A stretch of 64,000 nt of DNA from the NCBI GenBank assembly GCA_964016885.1, contig OZ024744.1, positions 52,700,001 to 52,764,000 on the forward strand. Reading direction: 5' to 3'. A program made the translations under genes and the position numbers. Numbering within the stretch: position 1 is the stretch's first letter; each line of letters begins with the position of its first letter. Source of the stretch: Eledone cirrhosa. Its lineage: Eukaryota. This document shows, piece after piece, positions 10,898-23,113 of the stretch. The notes under the pieces were generated by a model, which saw nothing but the letters and a program-made list of their open reading frames with translations, searched no databases and was not told the DNA's origin.

Positions 10898-13516
10898 CGC
10901 AAAATCCGGGCTCCTGGTGTTACCCTGCCCAAAAGATTGAATGCTGCTCGTCTTAAGGATAAAAATGTGAAGAGGACATTGGAAGAAGAGATGCAGGCTG
11001 CAGATCTTGGTGAGGATTGGCCGACCCTTAAAAAGTCGGTTTATGATGTAGGCAGACGTGTTCTGGGATTGGTGCAGAGAAAACATCAGGACTGGTTTAA
11101 TGAGAAAGATGTGCATATAGATGACTTGTTGGCTGATAAGAGGCGCGCTCTGTCACGCTACTTGACGGCAAGACCACAGGAGAGGAATACGTTGCATGAG
11201 GAGCTCAGGGATGTAAAATCACGTGTTAGGCGGAGTCTTTCTCAGATGAAGGATCAGTGGTGGAGTGAGAAGGCTGGTGAGATACAAACTGCGTCTGATT
11301 GCAATAACACAAAGCTGTTGTACAGTCTCTTGCGTGAGGTTTATGGACCGTCTTCTTCTCTGGTGACACCGATTCGCAGCAAGGATGGCAAAGAACTTCT
11401 TCGTGACTCACAGGGAATTCTACGAAGGTGGCGGGAGCACTTTGATGATCTTTTGAATCAGCCGTCTGTCGTCAGTGAAGATTTCCTCAATCTCATTCCG
11501 GAAAGTCCTGTGAAAGTAGCTCTCGCAGAGCCTCCGACACTTGTGGAGGTTGCAGTGGCTATTTCGAAGCTAAACAGTGGAAGATCTCCAGGTATGGATG
11601 GCATACATGCTGAGCTCCTACAATATGGTGGTGAGAGACTCCTGCAACATCTTCACTCTCTGTTTGGAAGGATATGGGCTAATGAATCCGTGCCTGAGGA
11701 CTGGAGAGATGCAGTAATGGTGGTCTTGTACAAGGGAAAGGGTAACAGGAATGATTGTGGGAACTACAGAGGTATATCATTGCTTTCTGTCGTGGGGAAA
11801 GTTTTATGTAGGGTGCTTCTGGACCGTCTGCTGACACACATTGCAGATTGTGTCCTTCCTGAAAGTCAATCTGGTTTTCGTGTTGGACGCGGCACTACTG
11901 ATATGATCTTCTCAGCTAGACAGCTCCAGGAGAAGTGCATTGAACAGGGCTTGGATCTGTATCAGGTTTTTGTCGATCTGACAAAGGCTTTCGATACTGT
12001 CAACAGAGATGCATTATGGAAGGTTCTCCAGAAACTTGGTTGCCCTGATAAGTTCCTTGCTTTAGTTAGGTCTTTCCATGACGACATGAAGGCTTGGGTT
12101 AATGTCGGAGGTAACATGTCGGAGCCTATCTCAGTAAAAAATGGAGTGAAACAGGGGGATATTCCAGCACCGACCCTGTTTGCCATATACTTTGCAATGG
12201 TTTTCTGTGTTGCATTCAGGAATTGCGAGCATGGTGTTTACATCCGATATCGAACCTCAGGCAGCATATTTAACATCAGGCGCTTTGCTGCTGCGAAGAC
12301 AAAAGTATTTACATCAGTCATAAGAGACCTCTTGTATGCAGATGATTGCGATCTTGTAGCGCACACAGAGAGTGATATGCAGCACATTTTGAATGTATTT
12401 TCTGACGCTTGCACTGCCCTGGGTTTGACTGTCAGTCTCAAGAAAACCGTCGTCATGTACCAACCTGCACCTGGTAGGCAGTACACTGAACCAAACATCT
12501 ATGTGTATGGCAAACGACTTGGAGTGGTTGATCAGTTTGTCTACCTGGGAAGCACTGTCAATCGATACGGCAACCTTGACGGTGAAATCTCACTTAGGAT
12601 TAGGAAAGCAAGTGATGCTTTCGGAAAGCTAGAAAGGCGACTCTGGGGTCGGCGAGACATATGCAGGAGGACAAAGGTAAGGGTGTACAGGGCATGTGTA
12701 CTCTCTTGTCTTCTTTATGCCTGCGAGACCTGGGTCACATATCGACGCCACCTTAGGCAATTGGAGCGTTTCCATCAGATGTGTCTCAGACGGATACATG
12801 GCGTTCGCTGGAGGGACCACATCAGTGATGTCGAGATTTTGGAAAGCTCTATGTGTGACAGTATAGAAGCTCTTGTGCTTAAGCAGCGACTCCGTTGGAG
12901 TGGTCACCTTGCCAGGATGAAGGATTCTAGAATACCAAAACAACTCTTCTATGGAGAGTTGGTTAAAGGAAAACGACCGCCACATAAACCAAAAAAGAGG
13001 TATAAGGATTCCTTGAAGGCCTCTCTGAAAGACGCTAACATCTCTGCTGATACATGGGAAAATATTGCTGCTGATCGTAATAAATGGAGAAAGACTGTAT
13101 ATGAGGGAAAAGTTGCCTTTGAGGCATCTCGAATCGCACACGAGAAAGTAAAGCGGGACGTGAGGAAGGGTATTGCTGTTGCACTTCCAGACGGCGAGGG
13201 TCCTCCTATGTTTCTGACATGCAGCGTCTGTGCGAGACTCTGCCTAAGCAAAGCTGGACTCGAAAGTCATCTTCGCAGTCATAAAGTAAGACCAGTGGTT
13301 GACTACCAGGCTGCTGTTGGAGATGCTACTCATCATGCTTGCCAAACATGTGGTAGAGAATGTAAATCAGCAGGAGGACTCAAGCGACATGCAAAAGTAC
13401 ACGAACTCCAACCACAGCCGACTATTCCCAGTAAATGTTTTGGTTGCCGACTCTGTGCAAGACATTTTGGATCATTGGCTGGGCTAAAAAGCCACATTCG
13501 ATCGCAGCACTGTTAG
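10898..13516 (+). CDS. RTE reverse transcriptase with three C-terminal C2H2 zinc fingers (APE domain lost to truncation)
   Basis: Motifs HQDWF, SPGMDGI, YRGISLL, PESQSGFR, DLTKAFD, GVKQGD, YADD, YLGS, LRWSGHLARM, then CSVC..H..H, CQTC..H..H and CRLC..H..H. The first ~63 aa of the tracked ORF come from microsatellite and the duplicated target. Confidence 0.9.
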   Translation, partial: RKIRAPGVTLPKRLNAARLKDKNVKRTLEEEMQAADLGEDWPTLKKSVYDVGRRVLGLVQRKHQDWFNEKDVHIDDLLADKRRALSRYLTARPQERNTLHEELRDVKSRVRRSLSQMKDQWWSEKAGEIQTASDCNNTKLLYSLLREVYGPSSSLVTPIRSKDGKELLRDSQGILRRWREHFDDLLNQPSVVSEDFLNLIPESPVKVALAEPPTLVEVAVAISKLNSGRSPGMDGIHAELLQYGGERLLQHLHSLFGRIWANESVPEDWRDAVMVVLYKGKGNRNDCGNYRGISLLSVVGKVLCRVLLDRLLTHIADCVLPESQSGFRVGRGTTDMIFSARQLQEKCIEQGLDLYQVFVDLTKAFDTVNRDALWKVLQKLGCPDKFLALVRSFHDDMKAWVNVGGNMSEPISVKNGVKQGDIPAPTLFAIYFAMVFCVAFRNCEHGVYIRYRTSGSIFNIRRFAAAKTKVFTSVIRDLLYADDCDLVAHTESDMQHILNVFSDACTALGLTVSLKKTVVMYQPAPGRQYTEPNIYVYGKRLGVVDQFVYLGSTVNRYGNLDGEISLRIRKASDAFGKLERRLWGRRDICRRTKVRVYRACVLSCLLYACETWVTYRRHLRQLERFHQMCLRRIHGVRWRDHISDVEILESSMCDSIEALVLKQRLRWSGHLARMKDSRIPKQLFYGELVKGKRPPHKPKKRYKDSLKASLKDANISADTWENIAADRNKWRKTVYEGKVAFEASRIAHEKVKRDVRKGIAVALPDGEGPPMFLTCSVCARLCLSKAGLESHLRSHKVRPVVDYQAAVGDATHHACQTCGRECKSAGGLKRHAKVHELQPQPTIPSKCFGCRLCARHFGSLAGLKSHIRSQHC

Positions 13517-13524
13517 TTGCTATC

Positions 13525-13562
<38 letters not shown>

Positions 13563-13641
13563 GCTTATGTGCGTGCGTGTGTGTGTATATATATATGAAT
13601 ATGTATATTATTATTGTTGTTGTCGTTATTATTATTATTGC

Positions 13642-13687
<46 letters not shown>

Positions 13688-13771
13688 TTTTTTTTTTTTT
13701 TTTTTTTTATTGTGCAATGGCCATACTCGATAACGAGGGGGCAGCCATCATGTATGTATGTATGTATGTAT
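10899..13771 (+). mobile_element. 5'-truncated RTE-clade LINE with a (TATG)n tail
   Basis: RT ORF, short 3' UTR, terminal stem-loop (CTCG-ATAA-CGAG..GCAGCCATCA) and TATG repeats. Flanked by a 112-bp direct duplication. Confidence 0.9.
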
Positions 13772-14280
13772 GAAGCTCTTGTGCTTAAGCAACGACTCCG
13801 TTGGAGTGGTCACCTTGCCAGGATGAAGGATTCTAGAATACCAAAACAACTCTTCTATGGAGAGTTGGTTAAAGGAAAAAGACCGCCACATAAACCAAAA
13901 AAAGAGGTATAAGGATTCCTTGAAAGCCTCTTTGAAAGACGCTAACATCTCTGCTGATACTTGGGAAAATATTGCTGCTGATCGTAATAAATGGAGAAAG
14001 ACTGTATATGAGGGAAAAGTTGCCTTTGAGGCATCTCGAATCGCATACATGTAAAGCGCGATCTGAGGAAGGGCATTGCTGTTGCACTTCCAGACGGCGA
14101 AGGTCCTCCTATGGCGCTGACATGCAGCGTCTGTGCGAGACTTTGCCTAAGCAAAGCTGGACTCGAAAGTCCTCTTCGCAATCATAAAGTAAGACCAGTG
14201 GCTGACTACCAGGCTGCTGTTGGAGTGGCTACTCATTATGCTTGCTAGAGAATGTAAATCAGCAGGAGGGCTCAAACGAG
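13772..14280 (+). pseudogene. Older degenerate 3' fragment of the same RTE family
   Basis: Colinear with 12866-13390, with substitutions and indels. Confidence 0.88.
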
Positions 14281-14452
14281 CCCTGGTGGCAAGGTTGTAA
14301 AAGAAAAGAAATTGTCATCCCTTGAATCGCAAGAATGTTTTGCAAATTTTGAAGGTGCCAGCTATCGCAGCCATTTGTAGACTATGAATTAGGGAGCTGC
14401 GATTTGTATGTATGTTTGTATGTATGTATGTATGTATGTATGTATCTATCTA

Positions 14453-15152
14453 TGTCAGGTCACCAGTTGGTGCTACTGGTAACATGTATCCCAGTACAAC
14501 CTGTCTCATGGTCGGGTCGTTGGCGACTAAACTGGCAACCCCACCAAGGTTTCTTGGTGAGGAGGGTGACTTTGTACATTCTGCAGGACTAAAAACAAAA
14601 CCTGTCAAAGGGCAAAGGAGCTCTTAAGAGTCAATTGCCATCCAAAATCACCGGGAGAGATGACCCCTTAGCCTTTGACAAGGCAGAATTCTAGGAGAAG
14701 GAAAACTCTGATATAACACCTGCAACCCTGATGGCATCCGATGATGTTGACTTGTTATTCTTTTTGGTAAATATCATCTTGGTTAAGAGAGTGGGACTGG
14801 CTTTGTGCAGTGCCTTTGCTCACTATAAAAGCTTCACGGCACAGGCATTGCTTTATATCTGGAGATCTCTCTGCACTTGTCGTTACATGGTACCATGGGC
14901 CCAGCACTATGTGTCAATAATTGTCACAGGTGTAGTGTTTGTACCAGAGTTTTCAAGTCGCTGGCTGGACTAAAAAGTCACACTCGTTCAGCGCATCGGT
15001 AGGGGTTCTCCTACATGGATATAAAGTAGTGGCCGTACTCGAAAACGAGTTGGCAGCCACCATGTATGTATGTATGCATGTAAGTATGTATGTATGTATG
15101 TATGTATGTATGTATGTATGTATGTATGTATGTACGTATGTATGTATGTATG
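14453..15152 (+). mobile_element. Internally deleted non-autonomous RTE derivative
   Basis: An RTE 5'UTR-like segment (CTAGGAGAAGGAAAACTCTGA) is joined to a last zinc finger CSVCTRVFKSLAGLKSHTRSAH*, the RTE 3' stem-loop CTCG-AAAA-CGAG..GCAGCCACCA and (TATG)n. Confidence 0.75.
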
Positions 15153-15313
15153 TGTGTAGGTATATATATATATATATGGCTATATATACATATCTATATA
15201 TGCTATATGCATACACATATATACATACACATATACATGCACATACACATATAAAGGAATGTATATGTGCACGTATATTTGTATGTATATATGTATGTAT
15301 AAATGTATAAAAT

Positions 15314-15353
<40 letters not shown>

Positions 15354-15904
15354 TCATACAAATATACATATACACATACATACACATATGTATGAGTGTG
15401 TACAACAGGTCACCTTGAGATAAATAAATATATTCATATATTCATATACTGGCTGTAGATTTACATCTAACATTATGTTCAAAGATTTTTCAACAGAACA
15501 ACGACTTCGCCTTTTATATTACAAGGTTTATAATTAGCAACAAAAGGTAATTCTGTCGAGAGACATTTACAATATTTATATTCCATTTTTGGATATAGAA
15601 TTTCTTAAAAATCTATCTAGCAGGAGACATCGATAAATTCCTTTCAGTCGTTGTCATTGTTGGCAGCTGTGATTCCGATTTATTGCAGAAGATATAACAA
15701 TAAATTCTATATTTCAAAAAAAAAAAAAAATGTGAAGATTTCTTTTCTTTGGTCATGTCATAAATATTTCATTTTTTCTTTGTTTCCAGAAACATTTCAT
15801 TGACATTATTCTTTCCCCGGTGTTGTATTTTGAATAATGGTTAACCTACCGACATATAATGTACAATATGCCAAAGTGTATATATATGTATATGTACACA
15901 CACA

Positions 15905-16053
<149 letters not shown>

Positions 16054-16412
16054 AGAAAGTGAGGGTTTTTTTCCAAAATGAAAAATAACCGAGGTGTCCT
16101 ACACGAGTGAAAGTATAAAGAAAAAAAGAAAAAAAGATGAAATTGAAAATGCAACTGGAGTCTTATTTTATAAAAAAATATATATTTATTTGATTCCTTT
16201 ACCCGTTTCGCAGTTCTTCTGCTTTTCAAAAGTAGAGTTGAGATGGAGGGTCTGTGATTTTTAAACACCACAGACCTGCATCACTATAGTCGTTCTATAA
16301 CCCTTGTAACTGAAAACATACCCATTTTTGTGTTTTCTTCTCTATATACTGTATTATGAATAACTCGGAAAATTTTCCTTGCGCTCATAAATTTACAGGG
16401 GATTCTCATTTG

Positions 16413-16509
<97 letters not shown>

Positions 16510-17310
16510 TAATGTTATTATGTTTTCTCCCGTTGTATTGCTGTAGTATTTTCTTATTCTGTTATATTTTATTTATTCATTTATTTATTTATCTTAGATC
16601 ACTAGTGTGTGTTTGTATATGGTTCTTGGTATTCCATTCATGTTTTCTGTTCAGCTTCGGTTTACTTTATTCTATTGCTGTTGCTTCCCTAACTTGTCTT
16701 CTTGTTGAGTCATTCCTATGTTTAGATATTTTAACTTCTATGTTGTCTATATTACCATCATGTCTTAGTGGGGCGTGTTCATATAGTACCGAACCGTCTT
16801 TTTGTCCTTTTAATTCCCCCCTGTGCTGCTCTATTCTTTCTCCTATGCTGCATGCTGTCTCACCTGGGTATGTCGTTGTCATGTTTCTGCAAGTACCCTC
16901 TGTACATCTTAAGCTATAGACTACATTTCTAGTTTTACATTTTATCTGGGGGTTCACTTTACATATAACACATTTCTTATTAGTACAGTGGGTTTTCTTA
17001 AAGGGGGATGTTTTGCTGATCAGGGATTTTATGGCAGTTCTGGCTTTTCTACCCCTTTAATTTTTAAATGGGTCTTTCTTATGGCCTTTCTCCATTGCTT
17101 AGCTAATTTCCCTCCTGGTGTAGCATCCACGAACATGACACTCTGGTATCTCTGCTTGTCATATCAGAAAGTGGCTTTCCCTACCTTATGTTTAGTCCTA
17201 TCTATGCTATTTCATGATTTGCTCCTGTACAATGGGCAAATCCCTTTCATTTCCAATTCTATGGTGGTCTTATATTTCTCTGTGGCACCTTTGTATACTC
17301 TGATTCTGTC
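16510..17310 (-). pseudogene. Degenerate Penelope-like element fragment (linker plus GIY-YIG) of a different family
   Basis: Minus-strand motifs FVDATPGGKL, CKTRNVVYSLRC..C..YPGETACSIGERIEQH..LYEH..RRQVREA. Confidence 0.75.
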
Positions 17311-17314
17311 TCTT

Positions 17315-18225
17315 TGGATGTACGGGCCATCTTCCTGGACCCAGAAGGTAAGTCGGTGGTGCTGGACGTGACCGGCAGCGAAGGTAATGCTTTCAGGTTA
17401 GTAGCCGTCTATGCCCCAAAAGGGGCAGGAAGGCCAGATTTCTTCAGACGTCTAGAGACCTTTCTTGGAACGTCCCGCTCTTCAGTGTTAGTGGGCGACT
17501 GGAACGGTATCTTGGATGCACGCTGGGATCGTGTGGGGCTAGTGGATAGGGAATGAGAGTGCAAGAGCCTCACCAACCTGCTCAGACGTTTTGAACTGTC
17601 TGACAAGTATCGACTGGATCACCCAAATGTGCAATGTGGACATGGACAAACCGCATTGGGTCATTCAGATCATATCTCGATAGGGTATTCTGCAGAGAAG
17701 TAGATAAGGCTAGTATAAGTTGTCTACAATTTAAAATAGTCGACTACACAGACCACAAATTTGTGATCTGTGAGATCGACATAGACAGACTTCATAGACA
17801 AGGACCCGGTTACTGGAAGGTGAACGCGTATTTCCCGGCGCGCAAACCCTACAGAGACCGGATTAGCGTATTAGTGAAGCGGGCATTGACGGGAGCGGTC
17901 GTCAACAACAAGTGTTGGTTCGCCCTGAAAAGGGCAATTAAAGTAGAGTCGATTAGGTTTAGCAAAGGACTAGTGATAGAGGAAAATAGAGTAGAGGGAG
18001 AGCTAGAAGAAGCGTTTAGGACAGGCATCGCAACCGACGTGCTTGAGGCGAGATTGGCACTCGACCAATTCTTCAACGCAAAACACGAAGGCTGCGTTGT
18101 CAGAGATAGAGCGCGTGCTCTGAAACACGAGGGGACAGAAGCCGTCCAATGGGCCCGGGTGGCAGAGGTGCGACGTGGTAACAAAGCCACAATTCGGTCT
18201 TTGTCTGACCAAAACGGGCGCGTGT
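17315..18225 (+). pseudogene. L1/Tx1-clade ORF2 fragment (APE C-terminal half plus linker)
   Basis: VAVYAP, VGDWN, SYLDRVF, YTDHK and GYWKVN; closely colinear with 27505-28425, with stops. Confidence 0.9.
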
Positions 18226-21200
18226 TGTGTAAGGGATATAAGCCCTTAGACTTTGCCCTGTGAGGAGGAAAGTATAATATTTGGGCCTTTTGGCCCAAAT
18301 ATTTGAACTTTGTTTTACATTTTAAAAAAATTTACGGAGAAAAAAATAGATGCCACAACGACGTAGAAGTTGGGAGGAGCACTACAGAGAAATTAAGAAT
18401 GTGAAGACAATCCGTCTTCAGAATGGGACGGTCATTCACATTATGACCGAAGGCAGATGGCCGCAGTGTTTTATTTGTGGGGAAAAAACCATTTGCGAGC
18501 CTTCTGCCCTCAACTGCTGAAAGAGGCAAGGGGTCGAAAGGCTCCACTGCTGCCGACGGCGGGGCGAAGACCACAACCAACACCAGCACCGGCAAAACCA
18601 CGACAAACAACACCAATAGAAAGACCACCACCAATCTTGACAACCCAGGGGGGAAACGAGGAAAGCTGTCAAATCCCCCCCCCCCCCCAAAAAAAAATAC
18701 ACACACCAATAAAACCATAAACATACACACAGACACACTTACAGACACAGACCCCTCATCTACCAGTAGTGAAAACGAGGGAAAACCCAAATCCCCCAAA
18801 ATACAAAAAAGGAAACACAAAAAGAAAAACAAAACTCAACAAAGCACAAAATCACCCACAATAAAAAACGCAGACACCACCCACGCAAGCATCTCACCAA
18901 TAACACCAACATTATCCCACCATCACCATCACCAGAATCCCCCAAACGCAAACAACCTAAACAGACGCAAGAATAAATATACACACAAACATCTGAAACC
19001 ACAGACACCGCACTCACAACAAACACAGACACAACCGAAACAACACCACCAAAACCATCACGACCACAGCTACGCAAACAAATAAAATCACACCAACAAA
19101 ACATACAAAACTTCGTGCTCGTCAGGAGGGCCAACAAGGAACTGATGGCCCTCGTAGCACGAAGTGAAAAAATACAAAAAGAGGGGGAAATTTTTTAATG
19201 GAGCACAATTCGCGTGCCGGACGATTTGGTTCTGGTACGAATGTCGCTCGATTTATACAAAGAAATACGAGACAGCTTTCCTCGGGACGTGGGAACGCCG
19301 AACGTAAAACCCACTTCAAGACTTTTAAAGGGGTTCCCAAAAGAAACCCCACCAACTATGGAGGTCAAACCACCCGACCTTCACAAGAGCCCGGAAGGTA
19401 AGTAAACCTTTCCTCTCTCTCTCTTTTAACCTGCCAACATGGCCGTATTAAGAGATGTTCGAAGCCTGGGATCGTCCTGGAAGCAGGGTCACCTGCTCAA
19501 CGACCTCAGGTCTCTAGAAATGGATGTAATTGCCGTCAGCGAGACCAGGATTTCCGACACGCGCGCACTAGCCCCCATTTTCGACGGCTATCAGATCTTT
19601 GCATCTGTTAGTCGGCCGGGAATGGGAGGCGGGATGGCAGTGCTGTTTAGGAAAGGCCTGGATCTCGAGGAATGGTCGATCTTCCGGGACCCGGACGGGA
19701 AGTTGGTGGTCCTGGATGTGGACAATAACGAAGGTGGTGCCTTTAGACTGGTGGCCGTCTATGCTCCTACTGGGGAAGGACGGCCGGACTTCTTTAGACG
19801 CCTGGAAGCCTTTCTGGGTACGTCTCGCCCTTTACAGTTAGCGGGGGACTGGAACGGCATATTTGATGCACGCTGGGACTGTGTGAGAGTGCCCGATAGG
19901 AGCGGGGGGGGGTGCAAAAGCCTCTAGAACCTGATCAGCCAGTTCCAACTGTCTGACAGGTACCGACTAGATTTCCCTAATGCGCCAGTGTAGACCTGGA
20001 CTAACCACTTAGGGTCATCTAGATCGTATATAGACAGGATATTCATTAGGAAAATAGACAGAAATAGTATAAGCTGTCCACGTTTTGAAACGGTCGCCTA
20101 TTCAGATCACAAGTTTGTGATCTGTATGGTCGACCTAGATAAGACGCGTAGGTTAGGACCTGGTTACTGGAAGCTAAACATGTCATTTCCGGCACGTAAG
20201 GCTTACAGGGACCAGGTCAACAATTTAGTTAAGAAAAAGTTGACAGGGGGAGTCGTCAACAATAGATGGTGGGGGCTCTCAAAAGAGAGATTAGAGTAAT
20301 ATCGATAGAATTTAGCAAAGAAGTTAGAGAAAAATAGAAAGGAGAGGGAGTTGGTAGATAAGTTAGACGAGGCTATTTGTAGTTTCATTGCAACTGACAT
20401 GCTATCGACGAGAATGGCACTAGATCATTTCTTCAATGCGAAACACGAAGGTTGCATTCTCAGAGCTAAGGCGCGTGCTCTGAGAAACGAGGGAACCAAA
20501 GCTGTTCGATGGGCCCGCGTGGCAGAGGCGCAGCGGGGTAATAAAACCACAATTCGGTCTTTGACGGACCGGGACGGACACGAGGTGAGCGATTCCAAGC
20601 GGATGTGTGAGGCCTTTCGCCAACAATTTGCTCGGTTGTTCGGGGGAAGTCGCGGGTCAGAGATGGTGGCGGACTTCAGTCGCAATCTCGATGGCTTGCT
20701 GCAACTCTCGACGGCTGACGTTGGCCCTGCGAAAGGCCAATTACTTCAGCCGAGATTCAGGATGCCCTTGTCGGCAGCATGAGGTGCAACTCACCCAGTT
20801 TGGATGGTCTGCCCTACGAGCTTTACGAAAATATGCCAGACTTGTTCTCCAATCTCCTCTACTGCAACTGGCAGCAAAACGGGAGTATTCCCAGTTCTGT
20901 GAGCCGGGGCGTAGTGACGCTGATAAGGAAAGACGAGAACAAGAGGGACACATTAGACAATTTCAGGCCCATAACTCTGCTCAACACACAGTTTAAGATT
21001 TTGGCCAGGGTGTTAGCGAAGAGGTTGGCGCTTGTCGTCGGGGATTTGGTTGGGGAGGCGCAAACTTGCGCAATCACAACCAGGTCCATACACGACAACC
21101 TCCACCTAATGCGATACATCATAGAGAGAGTAGGGTGTAAACCTGGCTTCGGTGGGGCTCTGATCAATTTAGATCAATCGAAAGCATTCGATAGGGTCGA

Positions 21201-23113
21201 CCATCGGTACCTGGAGGCTGTCCTCAAGGCGGCTGGCTTCTGCCCCGTCTTCAGAAGCTGGATCGCTGCAATGTACAGCGGCACCTGCTCGATGGTCAAA
21301 ATTAATGGCCACCTCTCGGAACCGTTTCAGGTCTCCCGATCGGTCCGTCAAGGGTGCCCTCTCTCCTCCCTTCTGTACGTATTGACTCTCGAGCCTTTAC
21401 TGCGGAAGCTGGAGCTGTTGCAGGGCATCCCGCTCGAACAGGGACGCGGAAAGGCTGTGTCGGCTTATGCGGACGACATCACCGTGATGGTGTCGGACAC
21501 CTCAGAAATCGAGGTGGTCGGCAACTTATTGGAGGAATATGAAAGGTTGACGGGAGCAAAACTTAACCCGGAAAAGTCAGTACGCTTGCAACTCGGCACC
21601 TGGAGAGGCAAGTCCATGCCGTCCAACAGCCTCGTTAGGCGCTGGACGGACGGACCGGATGTTGCTAGGGGTTTGGTTCGAGCCAGACCTCCAGGTGGAT
21701 AAGAATTGGGACGAGGTGACGGGCAGGGTAGTCAGTGTCACCCAGAAATGAGCTGGGATGAAGCTATCACTGAAAGGTCGGACGGAGGTGGCGAACGCGT
21801 ACATTGCGTCCGTCATCTACTACCGTCTGACTGTCGTCTCTTGCCCCCGTTCGCGCCTCGCCATCTTGGAGCGGCTCCTCTTCAAATTCTTGTGGAGGGG
21901 TCAAGTTCCGCTGGTGGGGCGGTCCATCTGCTGCCACCACCCTCTACGTGGTGGGCTGGGTATGCCGTTTCTAATGATGCGCAGGCCCGCGCTTAGGCTG
22001 CGGCATCTCCAGATATTCTGCCTAAACAGTGAACAGGTGTGGTCGCCGTTTGTCAGACGGGCCTTTCCGCAGCTCGTTTCTTTGACTGAGCTGCAGTCCT
22101 GGGTAAAGAAGAGACCGAGACTGGGTGACTGGCATCTGGAATGTTGCCAGGCACTCACTGCCCTCTACCAGTCGGGCAATGCGGTCAGTGGAACTTCCAC
22201 TCTCGAGTTCTATAGAGGATTAGTGGTGGGCAAGTGCGACGACGCACTCGGAGAGGCTCTGGGAGTCAACGAAGTCGAACTAACCAGTCTGTACCGGAGA
22301 ACTTTCGAGCCGGGGGCGATGGATAATTTCCCAAAATCCCTCGCTTGGCAGTGCTATCGGGGGACACTACCGGTTCGAGATAAACTCTACAGGCACGGAA
22401 GTGCTGTCAGACGGACCTGTCCGAGATGTGTGCAGAGCGACGAAACCGTTCTGCACGCACTCGTCCAGTGTCCGTGCATTACTGACTTGTGGAGTTATGT
22501 TGAACAGCTGTTGTCGCGTGTAGAACGGATCCGGCTATCGGCCATGTCCATTTTGGCCAGGAAAGGCAGGCAATTTTCCTCTGTCTGGTGGCAGTTGCGA
22601 AAGAGGTTGTATGGTGGACGAGGTTGAAAGGACTGAAGACAGACTCTTTTCTCTTCGGACAATCCCTCATCAACTTTTTCAAGTTTCACTTGGAAAGGAA
22701 GGTGAGGGTGGAGAGAGAATTGCTGCCCCCCCCTCCCCAGTACATTTGCTGAAAGGTGGGTGAATGTGGCGAGAATGGCCCGTGTGAGTGGGCCTATTCT
22801 GGTCATGCGGCTGTAGGTAGGTAAATTTGAAGAGGAGAGGGGTGCCCTTCCAGGGTTCTCTCGAAGCGTCGGCTCGTTCAGGACTGGTGGGGGTACCTGA
22901 GCGAACCCTAGGTGGTCATCCCCCCTATTGGGGAATGTTTTCTTGTTGTAATTTTCTTGTTACTTTATTGTTACTTTGTTATTGTTACTTTGTTTATTCA
23001 TATTGTTTACTCGATTTTTCTGTAAAACCCCACTGTCCCAGTCTTTTGTATTGTCCCCTATATGTCGACCCTTGTGGCCAATAAATGAAATCATTATTAT
23101 TATTATTATTATT
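18226..23113 (+). mobile_element. Degenerate L1/Tx1-clade LINE (deleted ORF1, broken ORF2, (TTA)n tail)
   Basis: APE at 19439, RT at 20779-21702 (QGCPLS, AYADD), C-terminal CPRC..ETVLHALVQC, and a 3' end CCCTTGTGGCCAATAAATGAAATC(ATT)n. Confidence 0.92.
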
